From: Rikenellaceae bacterium
GTDB lineage: Bacteria; Bacteroidota; Bacteroidia; Bacteroidales; UBA932
Length of the DNA stretch: 64,000 bases
Reading direction: 5' to 3'
Assembly: GCA_022766385.1 (NCBI GenBank)
Contig: JALEPJ010000052.1
Span: 3,472-67,471, forward strand
How positions within the stretch are numbered: the first letter of the stretch is position 1; each line of letters begins with the position of its first letter. Under the pieces are notes generated by a model. The model saw only the letters and a list, made by a program, of their open reading frames with translations. It did no database searches and was not told the DNA's origin. This document shows, piece after piece, positions 1-10,350 of the stretch. The translations under genes and the position numbers were made by a program.

Positions 1-481
1 GAAATTCGGTGAAGCCCTTCATATTGCTTATTCCATTTTCATAGCGGCTCTTACCGATTTTGCCTCTGGTACGTTTTGATTCCAACGTCTTCTTAACATA
101 TTCAACGAAATCTTGCGCTTCGTCTTGTCGTGTCAAATCCTCGTCAAAGAGTATTGAATGGATAATCTCAGAAGACATCTGGTTGGGATGCTTTTCGGCG
201 TAAACACGGAGGCGAGTGTCATATTTTTGCAGGGAATCTTTCAAAAGGCTATTCAGACGCTTCGCATCATTCCCATAGGATGCTCGTAATTCTCCTCTTC
301 CGCTATTGCCTTGGGGATTCCAATCGCACGGCTTAACCTTTATTCCCGTGTCCTTTCTAATTGGAGTATCATCAAGCCACGTATATTCGTAGTTCAATGT
401 ATATTCTTTATTGGCATCGCTATTCTTGTAGCATTTCAGCCTAAGTTTGCCCGTGGGGTATTCTCTTCTGTGTCTGCCCAT
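1..481 (-). CDS. Tyrosine-type site-specific integrase, N-terminal part only (gene runs off the left edge)
   Basis: Minus-strand frame is open from ATG at 481 to position 1. It is absent from the ORF track because it has no stop in the window. My translation is MGRHRREYPTGKLRLKCYKNSDANKEYTLNYEYTWLDDTPIRKDTGIKVKPCDWN...DFVEYVKKTLESKRTRGKIGKSRYENGISNMKGFTEF. This resembles the Arm-DNA-binding plus SAM-like N-terminal domains of Bacteroidota integrases. The catalytic domain is not visible. Confidence 0.6.
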   Translation of the reverse strand, partial: MGRHRREYPTGKLRLKCYKNSDANKEYTLNYEYTWLDDTPIRKDTGIKVKPCDWNPQGNSGRGELRASYGNDAKRLNSLLKDSLQKYDTRLRVYAEKHPNQMSSEIIHSILFDEDLTRQDEAQDFVEYVKKTLESKRTRGKIGKSRYENGISNMKGFTEF

Positions 482-546
482 ATTACTACTCTTATTCTTT
501 AAGGATGACGAATATGTATGAGGATGCTACAAAGTTAGAAAAAATG

Positions 547-637
547 GGCAAGGAAAAAAATACAATATACCTAATATGATTGCAAAATAGGCAAGGATAC
601 TCTGTGGCAAAGCAAGTTAAAACAAGAGAGGCAAGGA
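547..637 (+). repeat. Three direct copies of GGCAAGGA (547-554, 590-597, 630-637), plus an imperfect inverted copy TCCTTACC (644-651)
   Basis: Read directly. Copies are spaced 43 and 40 nt apart in the 220-nt gap just upstream of the integrase ATG. Each copy follows an A-rich context. Confidence 0.6.
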
Positions 638-656
638 TTGGATTCCTTACCTCTCT
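612..656 (-). terminator. Hairpin AGAGAGGcAAGGA/TCCTTaCCTCTCT (625-656) followed on the minus strand by TGTTTTAACTT; probable terminator of the DUF2795 gene
   Basis: 13-bp stem with one mismatch and a 6-nt loop, 47 nt downstream of the stop at 703, with a T-rich tail on the minus strand. It overlaps the third GGCAAGGA repeat, so its role is ambiguous. Confidence 0.4.
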
Positions 657-702
657 TATTGATAATCAGCGAAATAACCGCAAATTTTCAGAGTTATCTT
701 CC

Positions 703-924
703 TTAGTATTCCTCCTCGTTAAAGAAAAAGTCCTCCTTGGTAGGGTAATCAGGCCAAATATCTTCGATGCTTTCATATACTTCACCGTCGTCCTCCAACT
801 CCTGAAGGTTCTCGATTACCTCTTCAGGTGCTCCTGAACGGTTTGCATAATCAATGAGTTCGTCTTTGCTTGCAGGCCATGGTGCATCATCAAGGCTGCT
901 GGCGAGTTCCAATGTCCAGTACAT
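703..924 (-). CDS. DUF2795 domain protein (73 aa)
   Basis: MYWTLELASSLDDAPWPASKDELIDYANRSGAPEEVIENLQELEDDGEVYESIEDIWPDYP matches the DUF2795 pattern common in Bacteroidota. The ORF-track start at 930 is TTG; the ATG at 924 gives the usual MYWT N-terminus. Confidence 0.75.
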   Translation of the reverse strand: MYWTLELASSLDDAPWPASKDELIDYANRSGAPEEVIENLQELEDDGEVYESIEDIWPDYPTKEDFFFNEEEY

Positions 925-1017
925 AATCAATAATATCTTAAGTAATTAATAATCAGTATATTCTATATTTTAGGGTCGCAAAGATAACAAAAAAAGGGAA
1001 CAATGCCGTTTTTTGTA

Positions 1018-1025
1018 TAAATTTG
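1018..1025 (+). promoter_or_regulatory. Candidate -7 box TAAATTTG for folE
   Basis: Matches the Bacteroides TAnnTTTG -7 consensus, 35 nt upstream of the folE ATG. No clear TTTG -33 element at the expected spacing. Confidence 0.3.
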
Positions 1026-1059
1026 TCAAATAATTCTGAAAAAATCACCTACATAAGCT

Positions 1060-1647
1060 ATGCCATACACACGTGAGGATAACTATGATGATAAAGTGAC
1101 TGCGCAGATTGCCGGGCACGTCAAAGAGATATTGCATCTTTTGGGAGAGGACAATGAAAGGGAAGGCTTGATCAAGACTCCCGAACGTGTCGCTAAAGCA
1201 TTGCAATATCTCACGAAAGGCTATTACCAGAACGGCATTGACATCATCCGCTCTGCGACTTTCGAAGAGGAGTATGAGCAGATGGTGCTCGTGAAGGACA
1301 TTGAACTCTTCTCGACCTGCGAGCATCATATGATGCCTTTCATCGGGAAAGCCCACATTGCCTATATTTCCAATGGCAAGATAACCGGTCTCAGCAAGAT
1401 TGCGAGGGTGGTGGAGGTTTTCGCCCGCCGCTTGCAGGTGCAGGAAAGACTGACTGTGCAGATTAGGGATTGTATACAGGAAGCGCTTGATCCTCTGGGA
1501 GTTGCAGTCGTCATTGAGGCTAAGCATACCTGTATGCAGCTTCGCGGCGTCGAAAAATCGAACGCAGTGACGACGACTTCTGCCTTCTCGGGCATTTTCC
1601 TCAAGGATGCAAGGACCAGGAACGAATTCCTGAACCTCATACACTGA
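1060..1647 (+). CDS. folE: GTP cyclohydrolase I
   Basis: 195 aa; [13 protein letters not shown] and the [10 protein letters not shown] zinc-site motif; typical length. Confidence 0.95.
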   Translation: MPYTREDNYDDKVTAQIAGHVKEILHLLGEDNEREGLIKTPERVAKALQYLTKGYYQNGIDIIRSATFEEEYEQMVLVKDIELFSTCEHHMMPFIGKAHIAYISNGKITGLSKIARVVEVFARRLQVQERLTVQIRDCIQEALDPLGVAVVIEAKHTCMQLRGVEKSNAVTTTSAFSGIFLKDARTRNEFLNLIH

Positions 1648-1685
1648 CACTTTGTCACAGCAGTGAAATCAATAAACTTTAAAAA

Positions 1686-2801
1686 ATGCTTGAATACAAT
1701 ATCAAACTTGAAGGGAAGACAGTCCTTGTGACCGGTGCTGCTGGCTTTATCGGCAGCAATCTTGTCAAGAGACTGTTCAATGAAATCAAGGACATTCGCA
1801 TAGTCGGCATTGACAGCATCACCGACTATTATGATGTCAATATCAAATACGAGCGCCTCCGCGAAATCGAAGAAATGGCGCCAAAGTCACAGGAAGGAGC
1901 TGCAGCATGGACTTTCATCAAAGGATCCATTGCCGATAAAGAGCTGATTGACAATCTTTTCGCGAGCTATAGGCCAGCGATTGTGGTGAATCTGGCCGCG
2001 CAGGCCGGGGTGCGCTACTCCATTACCAATCCGGGAGCGTACATCGAGTCGAATATCATCGGCTTCTACAATCTGCTCGAGGCCTGCCGTCACAGCTACG
2101 ATGCTCCATCAGAATACCTTGGAGTCGAGCATCTGGTCTATGCGTCATCCAGCTCGGTTTACGGTTCCAACAAGAAAGTCCCGTATTCAACCGATGACAA
2201 GGTTGACAATCCCGTCAGCCTCTATGCCGCTACGAAAAAGAGCAATGAACTGATGGCCCACGCATACAGCAAACTCTACAACATCCCTTCTACAGGCTTG
2301 CGTTTCTTCACCGTTTACGGACCCGCTGGCAGACCGGATATGGCCTATTTCGGCTTTACGGACAAGCTCCGCGCCGGCAAGACCATCCAGATTTTCAACT
2401 ATGGCAATTGTCAGCGCGACTTCACCTATATCGACGACATCGTTGAGGGAGTTGTGCGCGTGATGCAGCATTGCCCTGAAAGAAAGACGGGCGAGGACGG
2501 GCTTCCGCTGCCTCCATACAAGGTTTACAATATAGGCAATAACAGTCCTGAGAACCTCCTCGACTTTGTCACTATCCTGCAGGAGGAACTGATTGCCGCG
2601 AAGGTCCTTCCGGAGGACTATGATTTCGAAGCCCACAAGGAACTCGTGCCTATGCAGCCTGGAGACGTTCCCGTAACTTTCGCCGATACCACTCCGCTTG
2701 AGCAGGATTTCGGTTTCAAACCATCTACTCCTCTACGGTCAGGACTCCGCGCCTTCGCGCAGTGGTATGCCCGCTATTACGGATGCGGGGATAAAAAATA
2801 G
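1686..2801 (+). CDS. NAD-dependent nucleotide-sugar epimerase (UDP-glucuronate 4-epimerase-like, SDR family)
   Basis: [10 protein letters not shown] Rossmann motif and the YASSSSVYG...YAATKK catalytic Ser/Tyr/Lys pattern; sits next to ugd. Confidence 0.85.
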   Translation: MLEYNIKLEGKTVLVTGAAGFIGSNLVKRLFNEIKDIRIVGIDSITDYYDVNIKYERLREIEEMAPKSQEGAAAWTFIKGSIADKELIDNLFASYRPAIVVNLAAQAGVRYSITNPGAYIESNIIGFYNLLEACRHSYDAPSEYLGVEHLVYASSSSVYGSNKKVPYSTDDKVDNPVSLYAATKKSNELMAHAYSKLYNIPSTGLRFFTVYGPAGRPDMAYFGFTDKLRAGKTIQIFNYGNCQRDFTYIDDIVEGVVRVMQHCPERKTGEDGLPLPPYKVYNIGNNSPENLLDFVTILQEELIAAKVLPEDYDFEAHKELVPMQPGDVPVTFADTTPLEQDFGFKPSTPLRSGLRAFAQWYARYYGCGDKK

Positions 2802-2826
2802 AAATAACAATAAAATTTATAAAACA

Positions 2827-4167
2827 ATGCGAGCATTTGAAGATTTGCAAATAGCTGTAGCCGGTACAGGTTATGTGGGGTTGTCCATTGCTACCCTCCT
2901 TGCGCAGCATCACAAGGTTACGGCTGTAGATGTGATTCCCGAAAAGGTGGAAAAGATCAATAATCGTATCTCGCCCATTCAGGACGAGTACATAGAGAAA
3001 TATTTCGCTGAAAAGGACTTGAATCTCACGGCCACACTGGATGGCGCTGCTGCATACAGAGATGCTGATTTTGTCATTATTGCCGCTCCGACCAACTACG
3101 ACCCTGTCAAGAATTTCTTTGATACTCACCATATTGAGGACGTGATAAATCTGGTCCTGAGTGTGAATCCGGAAGCAGTGATGGTAATTAAGTCGACCAT
3201 ACCGGTAGGCTATTGCCGTAGCCTTTATCTGAAATATGCTGCCAGATTCAAGGCCGAGGGAAGACCTGCCAACCATAAGTTCCGTCTCCTTTTCTCGCCT
3301 GAATTCCTCCGCGAATCCAAGGCCCTCTATGACAATCTCTATCCTTCCCGCATCATCGTAGGATATCCGAAACGCATCAACAATTCTGAGTGCGAAGAGG
3401 AGAACAGGGCAATAGCCGCCGTTGCAGGCAATCACCCGGATGAGGATGCGAAGATTTTCGCCCGTCTACTCCAGGAAGGAGCCATCAAGGAGAATATCGC
3501 CACGCTCTTTATGGGCCTGAAGGAGGCTGAGGCCGTGAAACTCTTTGCCAATACCTACCTTGCCCTCAGAGTCAGCTACTTCAATGAACTCGATACCTAT
3601 GCAGAGGTCAAGGGACTGGATTCAAAATCCATCATTGAAGGAGTTGGACTGGACCCTCGTATCGGTTCTCATTATAATAACCCTTCATTCGGTTACGGCG
3701 GATACTGCCTCCCTAAGGACACAAAGCAGCTTCTTGCAAACTACGAGAATGTGCCTCAGAATATGATGACCGCCATAGTAGAGTCGAACAGAACCAGGAA
3801 GGATTTTATTGCAGACCAAGTACTTAGAAAGGCCGGGTGGTACGGCTACGGTATTGCCAGCCCTACCTCGGATGACAAGGCTCCTGCCATTGTCGGCATA
3901 TACAGACTGACGATGAAGAGCAACAGCGACAATTTCCGCCAGTCATCCATTCAGGGCGTGATGAAGCGCATCAAGGCCAAGGGAGCGCAGGTAATAGTCT
4001 ATGAACCTACACTGAAGGATGGTGACAGCTTTTTTGGCAGCCTTGTGGTCAATGACCTCGCTAAATTCAAGGAAATGTGCTCAGCCATCATTGCCAACCG
4101 TTACGATGCGGTTCTCGACGATGTCGTGGACAAGGTCTATACCCGTGACCTCTTCCATAGGGATTAG
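2827..4167 (+). CDS. ugd: UDP-glucose 6-dehydrogenase
   Basis: [21 protein letters not shown]-terminal Rossmann fold and the [10 protein letters not shown] catalytic-Cys motif. The ATG at 2827 is chosen over the ORF-track start at 2698, which would overlap the epimerase 3' end. Confidence 0.9.
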   Translation: MRAFEDLQIAVAGTGYVGLSIATLLAQHHKVTAVDVIPEKVEKINNRISPIQDEYIEKYFAEKDLNLTATLDGAAAYRDADFVIIAAPTNYDPVKNFFDTHHIEDVINLVLSVNPEAVMVIKSTIPVGYCRSLYLKYAARFKAEGRPANHKFRLLFSPEFLRESKALYDNLYPSRIIVGYPKRINNSECEEENRAIAAVAGNHPDEDAKIFARLLQEGAIKENIATLFMGLKEAEAVKLFANTYLALRVSYFNELDTYAEVKGLDSKSIIEGVGLDPRIGSHYNNPSFGYGGYCLPKDTKQLLANYENVPQNMMTAIVESNRTRKDFIADQVLRKAGWYGYGIASPTSDDKAPAIVGIYRLTMKSNSDNFRQSSIQGVMKRIKAKGAQVIVYEPTLKDGDSFFGSLVVNDLAKFKEMCSAIIANRYDAVLDDVVDKVYTRDLFHRD

Positions 4168-4184
4168 GCTCCTTTAAGGCTGAG

Positions 4185-4874
4185 CTAAAACAGCTTGAAT
4201 CCTTTGATACTCAGGGGCTGGGCGGTACTCAGGTGCTGCGCCAGCTCCTCTTCGTTTATTCGGTAGACGCGGGGTTTGCGGGATAGGGGATAGCTCTCGA
4301 AGAAGGGATCATCGCTCGCGAACCAGCTGAGTTTCAGGATGTTGGAATATTGCCTCAAGCCAAAATTGATGGCAATGGTCTTGGCAGGAGTGCAGACTGT
4401 GATGCCCTTCTTGCCGTCGATGAACTCCGAAACGCAGACCATCCTCCTTGTGGCAATCCTCGCGGAAGGGGAGTCCTGCTCCGAAGCGCTGCCGTTTAGC
4501 GTATTGCCATTGTGCCTTATACTGATATTCCTTCCGAATTCAGCATTGATGGCGTCCATCATATGCTGGAAGGCCTTTCCGTGCACCGAACTGTCCTTGA
4601 TATTCCGGAAGGCTATGTAGCAGTGTATCATTTCGTGGATGATTATGTCCTCGAGCTCTTCTTGCCTGAAATTGAATAAGGTGCTGATTTTCAGGATGTA
4701 ATCGCTGTGGCCGATTACATTGCCGTACCTGTCTCTGATGACTTTGTACTCCATCTTTCCGACGAAGGTCCTGGCTTTGCTCAATACGATGCGTACAGGC
4801 GGCAATACACCGTCGAACATTAAATCATTGAACTTCCCGAAGGAGAGTCTGATAAATTCCAAGCTAGCGATCAT
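4185..4874 (-). CDS. SprT-like zinc metallopeptidase domain protein
   Basis: N-terminal FGKFNDLMFDGVLPPVRIVLSKARTFVG and an IIHEMIHCY HExxH motif, typical of the SprT-like family. Confidence 0.7.
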   Translation of the reverse strand: MIASLEFIRLSFGKFNDLMFDGVLPPVRIVLSKARTFVGKMEYKVIRDRYGNVIGHSDYILKISTLFNFRQEELEDIIIHEMIHCYIAFRNIKDSSVHGKAFQHMMDAINAEFGRNISIRHNGNTLNGSASEQDSPSARIATRRMVCVSEFIDGKKGITVCTPAKTIAINFGLRQYSNILKLSWFASDDPFFESYPLSRKPRVYRINEEELAQHLSTAQPLSIKGFKLF

Positions 4875-4944
4875 AACGGGGCAAATTTCGAAATTCTTTT
4901 TGATGGATACAATCCGAATTAAGGGTAATGATATTAATATTGTT

Positions 4945-4952
4945 TATCTTTG
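4945..4952 (+). promoter_or_regulatory. Candidate -7 box TATCTTTG for fhs
   Basis: Matches TAnnTTTG, 41 nt upstream of the ATG at 4993. No -33 TTTG at canonical spacing. Confidence 0.3.
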
Positions 4953-4992
4953 CAGAATTGCTTGAAAACTTCACAATAAGCGGAGTGGAAAA

Positions 4993-6663
4993 ATGAAAAC
5001 AGATATTGAAATTGCCCGTGAATCGGCTCTTAGGCCAATTAATGAGATTGCCGGGAAGTTAGGCATTGATGAGAATGTTTTGGAACCTTATGGTAGGTAC
5101 ATTGCCAAAGTGCCTTATACTCTGATTGATGAGGCTAAGGTGAAGAAGAGCAAACTCATCCTCGTTACCGCCATAACTCCGACCAAGGCCGGAATAGGCA
5201 AGACCACCGTGTCAATAGGACTTGCGCTTGGCCTTAACAAAATCGGCAAGAAGGCTGTTCTCGCTCTCCGCGAGCCTTCTCTCGGCCCCTGCTTCGGAAT
5301 GAAGGGCGGCGCAGCCGGCGGCGGATATGCTCAGGTCCTCCCAATGGAGAAGATCAATCTCCACTTCACCGGAGACTTCCACGCCATCACCACCGCCAAC
5401 AATATGATTGCCGCTCTTCTGGACAATTATATCTACCAGCATCAGGCGGAGGGTTTCGGCCTAAGGCAGATACTCTGGCGCCGTGTACTCGATGTCAATG
5501 ACCGTTCGCTCAGGCAGATAATCACAGGTCTCGGACCTTATTCCAACGGCAAGACCCAGGAAGGCGGATTCGATATCACCCCGGCCTCCGAAATTATGGC
5601 AATACTCTGCCTTTCTCGCGACCTCCAAGACCTCGAAAGGCGTCTGAACAATATCCTTCTCGGCTATACATTTGACAATAAACCATTCTACGTCAAGGAT
5701 TTGGGTGTTGCCGGATCCATTGCTGTCCTCCTCAAGGATGCTCTGAATCCCAATCTTGTCCAGACCACGGAAAATACTCCTGCCTTCATCCACGGTGGCC
5801 CTTTCGCCAACATTGCCCACGGCTGCAATTCCATCATAGCCACCAAGATGGCTATGACTTACGGAGACTATGCCATCACCGAGGCCGGCTTCGCAGCTGA
5901 TCTCGGAGCGGAGAAATTCTTCGACATCAAATGCCCTAAGGCCGGCATATCACCTGCCCTTACCGTGCTCGTAGCTTCTCTCCAGGGCCTGAAGATGCAC
6001 GGAGGAGTCCCGGAGACCGAAATCAAGCTGCCAAATCCCGAGGGCGTCAGAGCGGGACTTGCCAATCTCGACAAACACATTGAGAACATAAGGAAATTCG
6101 GTCAAAGCGTCCTCGTTTGCTTCAACCGCTTCGCACAGGATACCTCTGAAGAAATTGAGCTCGTGCGCAGCCATTGCGCTGAAATCGGAGTGCCTTTCGC
6201 CCTGAACAATGCCTTCATTGAGGGCGGCTCCGGTGCTGTCGAACTTGCTGAACTTGTCGTCGAGACCATCAAGGACCATCCTTCGAAGCCGCTTCGTAAC
6301 GTTTATGATCCGGGCAATGCCGTAAAGGACAAGATAGCGGCAGTGGCGACTCAAATCTATGGTGCGTCTTCGGTGAGTTTCTCATCAGAGGCGTTGAAAA
6401 AGATTGCCGGAGCAGAAGCCCTCGGCTTCGGAGGCTTCCCTGTATGCATTGCCAAAACCCAATACTCGTTCTCGCAGGATCCGAAGGCCTATGGTGTGCC
6501 TGAAGGATTCAATTTCGACATTAAGGATCTGGTAATCAATGCGGGAGCGGAGATGCTTGTGGCCATTGCCGGAGATATTATCCGTATGCCCGGTCTCCCG
6601 AGATCGCCTCAGGCCTTGCACATCTTCCTCGATAGCAAGGGCAATATTGAAGGCCTCAGCTGA
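4993..6663 (+). CDS. fhs: Formate--tetrahydrofolate ligase
   Basis: 556 aa; [12 protein letters not shown]-loop-like motif and [19 protein letters not shown], characteristic of FTHFS. Confidence 0.95.
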   Translation: MKTDIEIARESALRPINEIAGKLGIDENVLEPYGRYIAKVPYTLIDEAKVKKSKLILVTAITPTKAGIGKTTVSIGLALGLNKIGKKAVLALREPSLGPCFGMKGGAAGGGYAQVLPMEKINLHFTGDFHAITTANNMIAALLDNYIYQHQAEGFGLRQILWRRVLDVNDRSLRQIITGLGPYSNGKTQEGGFDITPASEIMAILCLSRDLQDLERRLNNILLGYTFDNKPFYVKDLGVAGSIAVLLKDALNPNLVQTTENTPAFIHGGPFANIAHGCNSIIATKMAMTYGDYAITEAGFAADLGAEKFFDIKCPKAGISPALTVLVASLQGLKMHGGVPETEIKLPNPEGVRAGLANLDKHIENIRKFGQSVLVCFNRFAQDTSEEIELVRSHCAEIGVPFALNNAFIEGGSGAVELAELVVETIKDHPSKPLRNVYDPGNAVKDKIAAVATQIYGASSVSFSSEALKKIAGAEALGFGGFPVCIAKTQYSFSQDPKAYGVPEGFNFDIKDLVINAGAEMLVAIAGDIIRMPGLPRSPQALHIFLDSKGNIEGLS

Positions 6664-6967
6664 TATTACTTTGTAGGAAACCAAACTGAATTGACGTGAT
6701 GGATGGAAGACATCCTGAATATGCTATAGACGTGGACCGTATCGTTGCCTCAAAAGACCAGATTCCCGCTGCTCGATCCTGAGATGGAGGACAGAATTGT
6801 GAGCAATTGGGAAAAGCGCCGTGAAAAGCTTTATACCAAGGTGAAAAATAGAATAATTGCCCGACGTTCAGGACATAAATGATTTCTTTTTTTTCAAAAT
6901 GAGCTCAAAATGATTGGGATATGCTTGATTTTGTCTAAATTTGCAAAGCGCATTATTAAGGAAGGCT

Positions 6968-8998
6968 ATGAAAAGGATTCCTGTTCTTATCCTGTTGTTA
7001 TTTATCTCATTTTCTGCTTCTGCACAGATACAGAACAGGTTGAACGTCGATGAAAAGATATTCAAAATCTACTCGGAAGGCCGCTTGCAGCCGTATGATG
7101 AAAGCAATGTTGCCTTGGGTGATTCTCTTTTCGCTGTAGGTGTTGCGAGAAATGATTATAAGATCAAGGCCCTTGCATTGAATCTCAAATTGTCCCCGCT
7201 TCTGGCTCAGAACGATCTCCTGACTCTGCAGGAAGTAATTGAAGAGATGAAGAGCATACGCTCCGATCATCCTGACATCAACGATATTTATATCGCCGCG
7301 ATGTATACCTACTGTCAGGCTCTTACACTTTCGAACCAGATTTCCACTGCTTTGCTCAATGCCCGCGAGATGTCCCGCGTCGCGCGAGAGTCCGGTGATT
7401 CCTTTGGGATGATGATGTCCTACAGGACCCTCGGCTTCATCTACGACTACCGCGGCAACAATCAAATGGCGTACAATAGCTATCTCGCAGCATTGCCTCT
7501 GTGCAAGGAGGCGGGAGCCGATCAGGAACTGTTCAGCATTCACGTTCTGATTGCAGAGCAGCTTATCAGTATGAAACGCTTCGAAGAGGCAGAGATGTAC
7601 CTTGCAATGGTTCAGGAGGAGTGTAATCCCAATATTCCTTGGGCAAGCTCCCAGACTCAAGTGCTCCGTTTCTTGCTTTACTATGAAGGATACAAGCCTG
7701 AGATTTACGGTGACAGCATCAATATCTTGATGAATGATAATAACCTGGAGGGCATAATCGATGAGGAAACCCAGTACACATTGAGCGCTCTTTTCTATAG
7801 GTCTCAGAAAAGGTACAATGAAGCTCTTCAAATCGTCGACAATATTACAAACGACATTAAAAGAAAACTGCTCAAGGCCGATATCCTTGAGGATATTGGA
7901 GACTACAAAGAGGCACTTTCGCTCTATCATAGCCTTATCTATGCTAAGGATTCGATAAACAATGTCATTCAGAGTGAGGATATTGCGATGATGGATGCTG
8001 AGCTGAACCTGTCTTCTATGAAGATGAAGGCAGAAATAGCTGAAAGTCAGAGGAATAATATCATTGCCTACAGCCTCATCATACTGCTGGCTTTCTTAAT
8101 TCTCTTCCTTGTGGTGATGTACCGCCGCCGCAAAAAGCAGTCAAAGGAACTTGAGGAACACAATATCCAGCTTCAGAAAGCGCAGCAGGAGACTCAAGAT
8201 GCGCTTGAAAAGGCTACCGAGGCCAGCAAAGCCAAGCAGCGCTTTGTTCAGAATATGAGCCACGAGGTTCGTACCCCTCTGAATGCCATAGTAGGCTTCT
8301 CCCAGCTTTTGTCTATGCCTGACGGCTTCCTCACTCAGGGAGAAAGGGACCAGTACCGTGGGTATGTGATGAACAATTCGGATATCCTGACCATGCTTGT
8401 GGACGATATCCTTAATACCTCTGACTTGGATTCAGGAAATTACCAGATTTTCGTTTCAGCTTCGCGTTGCAACGAAATAGCTTCATCTGCAATGACTTGC
8501 GTTCAGTTCAGGCTGCCGGATAACTTGAAGTTCTATATGACCACGGATCTTCCGGACGACTTCTCCATAGAAACTGACCCTCGTCGTGTACAGCAGATAC
8601 TCATCAATTATTTCACCAACGCGTTTAAGCATACCAAGGTGGGTGAAATCCATATCCACTGCGGAATAATGGGACTTGAAGGCAAAGTTAGCCCGGAAAA
8701 GTTGGAAGCTCTTGCTTCCGAAGGCGGAATGGTCTACTTCAGCGTAGCTGATACCGGTACTGGCGTGCCTGCAGACCAGGCGGAATCCATTTTCGAGCGT
8801 TTCAGTAAGCTTGATCCTTTCGTGCAGGGAACAGGACTGGGGCTCAATATCTGTCGTGAAATCGCAACCAAGCTTGGAGGCCGATCATATCTCGACACTG
8901 ATTACGTTCCTCCTAAGCCATATGAGACAGGTGCATGCTTCTTCCTGACTCTCCCTATTAAATACCCTAAAAAAGAACAAGCATCTAATGAACAATAA
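6968..8998 (+). CDS. Sensor histidine kinase with signal peptide, TPR-like extracytoplasmic region and one TM helix (no receiver domain)
   Basis: MKRIPVLILLLFISFSASAQ signal; TM IIAYSLIILLAFLILFLVVMY; H-box SHEVRTPLNAIVGF; HATPase G-boxes DTGTGV and GTGLGLNI. The ATG at 6968 is preferred over the TTG at 6941. Confidence 0.85.
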   Translation: MKRIPVLILLLFISFSASAQIQNRLNVDEKIFKIYSEGRLQPYDESNVALGDSLFAVGVARNDYKIKALALNLKLSPLLAQNDLLTLQEVIEEMKSIRSDHPDINDIYIAAMYTYCQALTLSNQISTALLNAREMSRVARESGDSFGMMMSYRTLGFIYDYRGNNQMAYNSYLAALPLCKEAGADQELFSIHVLIAEQLISMKRFEEAEMYLAMVQEECNPNIPWASSQTQVLRFLLYYEGYKPEIYGDSINILMNDNNLEGIIDEETQYTLSALFYRSQKRYNEALQIVDNITNDIKRKLLKADILEDIGDYKEALSLYHSLIYAKDSINNVIQSEDIAMMDAELNLSSMKMKAEIAESQRNNIIAYSLIILLAFLILFLVVMYRRRKKQSKELEEHNIQLQKAQQETQDALEKATEASKAKQRFVQNMSHEVRTPLNAIVGFSQLLSMPDGFLTQGERDQYRGYVMNNSDILTMLVDDILNTSDLDSGNYQIFVSASRCNEIASSAMTCVQFRLPDNLKFYMTTDLPDDFSIETDPRRVQQILINYFTNAFKHTKVGEIHIHCGIMGLEGKVSPEKLEALASEGGMVYFSVADTGTGVPADQAESIFERFSKLDPFVQGTGLGLNICREIATKLGGRSYLDTDYVPPKPYETGACFFLTLPIKYPKKEQASNEQ

Positions 8999-10322
8999 AC
9001 GAACAATGAAATACTCTTATATCAGATTTTTCAGCTGCTGCCTCATTCTGGCAGCAGTTTCTTTCTCTTCAGCCTCAGCGCAGGACCAATTGCCTACTAA
9101 GGCTGAAACTAAACTATACAACAAAACCATTTCAAAGGCCAGTATTAGCGCCTATAATAAATTCCTGAACAAATACCCATCATCTGTATATTCTGAAAGA
9201 ATCCTGACTCTCAGGGATTCTACTGAATTCTCATTGATTGATAAGGGCAATGCTGCATCTGTGGATGCCTTTCTCAGAGCCCACAAATCCTCTCCTCTGA
9301 AAGGGAAGGTCGAGGCTCTGCTCGAGGAGCTATGCCGCTGTCCATTGAGCCAAAATGTCGCGCAGGACATTGCCTCGGCGAATATTGCCGCATACGATGC
9401 ATCGACTATGCTCGTCCTTCCCGTAAGAGAGCTGGAGCGCGACTGCGTCTTTGTCATTGACCTGATGCCTAAGGACCTGCAGTTCAATCAGATGAGACTC
9501 TACTCCATTGCCCCGGATGCAGCTTTTTCAGATGCTGATGGCAGTGGAAACTGGAATCTCATCTCTGAGCGCGCGATAGAGAAATATTGCCTTGACCCTT
9601 CGATGGACAGAACAATTGCGGATGGAGCGCTCAGCCTTGTCAATGTCGTCGGAGCCCGTATGCTCAAACTCGACTATCTGAACTGGAACTCCCAGTCCAA
9701 TTTCAAGCTTGAATGGTGCTCGACTCTCATCCCTCTTGACGGCAGTGCCCAGACAAATCTGATGTTTTACGGCCGCAATATGCTCAATAAGGCCCCTGCA
9801 GCCGCCACATACAGCATAGAAGGACAAAGCCCCGAAACACTCTCGTTGACGGGAATGTCGCAGGAATTGTCCTATCTCTTCCAGGGTATGAACGGCAATG
9901 ATGCTCTTAAACCGCTGTCTGAAGCTGATGCAATGTCTGATGAGGCAATACTGTGGTGGCTAGACAAGAATCCGAGGGCTGAAACCAGCGCCAAATCCGT
10001 GAAGATGGGAACCTTGAAGAATGAAAGTTCCTTGGTTAGTGCTTTCAAGAATGCCAAGGGCAAGGAGAGCTCGTCCCGCTATTCAGTTGCTTGTATGGAT
10101 TTCCGAGGCTATACGGTGATAGTTTCCCAGTCTAAATCAAGCAAGGAGTACAGTCTTATTTGGGCGGAACCAAAATGCGAGAACAAGAGTCTTGAAAAAT
10201 ACATCAGGAGCATTTACTTCGATAATGACGGAACGACACTCAACCTTTTGTATTACAAGGCCAAAACTTCCTTCAAAATCAAAATCAACCTCAGTTCCAA
10301 GACTCTTGCCCGCACACGTTAA
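8988..10322 (+). CDS. Secreted protein of unknown function (444 aa; alternative start 9006)
   Basis: Signal peptide ...FFSCCLILAAVSFSSASAQ. The ATG at 8988 overlaps the kinase stop by 11 nt. I recognise no family motif. Confidence 0.6.
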   Translation: MNNKRTMKYSYIRFFSCCLILAAVSFSSASAQDQLPTKAETKLYNKTISKASISAYNKFLNKYPSSVYSERILTLRDSTEFSLIDKGNAASVDAFLRAHKSSPLKGKVEALLEELCRCPLSQNVAQDIASANIAAYDASTMLVLPVRELERDCVFVIDLMPKDLQFNQMRLYSIAPDAAFSDADGSGNWNLISERAIEKYCLDPSMDRTIADGALSLVNVVGARMLKLDYLNWNSQSNFKLEWCSTLIPLDGSAQTNLMFYGRNMLNKAPAAATYSIEGQSPETLSLTGMSQELSYLFQGMNGNDALKPLSEADAMSDEAILWWLDKNPRAETSAKSVKMGTLKNESSLVSAFKNAKGKESSSRYSVACMDFRGYTVIVSQSKSSKEYSLIWAEPKCENKSLEKYIRSIYFDNDGTTLNLLYYKAKTSFKIKINLSSKTLARTR

Positions 10323-10350
10323 GCTACAGCGTTACTTATTGTGCCGCCGA

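Noticed and set aside
311-837. Plus-strand ORFs 311-502 and 580-837 from the ORF track
   Set aside because: The first is antisense to the integrase N-terminus. The second overlaps the DUF2795 gene and starts with TTG. Neither has recognisable features.
1045-1650. 201-aa minus-strand ORF (and the 1362-1658 ORF) covering folE end to end
   Set aside because: It is fully antisense to a high-confidence folE gene. It has no recognisable motifs and a Cys/His/Arg-rich shadow-frame composition.
2698-2826. N-terminal extensions suggested by the ORF track for ugd (2698), uvrA (26500), tldD (47709), pmbA (49229), grpE (55721), PepC (18109) and the kinase (6941)
   Set aside because: The extensions overlap neighbouring genes or use non-ATG codons. 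Downstream ATGs give canonical N-termini (Rossmann fold, signal peptides, ATGA coupling).
6699-6882. Two short adjacent frames (28 and 32 codons, offset by +1) between fhs and the kinase gene; possibly a frameshifted small gene
   Set aside because: No recognisable family and no promoter or RBS-like context. Both are too short to distinguish from chance, so I left them unannotated.
7007-7930. 307-aa antisense ORF inside the histidine kinase gene
   Set aside because: Shadow ORF. The plus-strand kinase frame has clear signal, TM and catalytic motifs.
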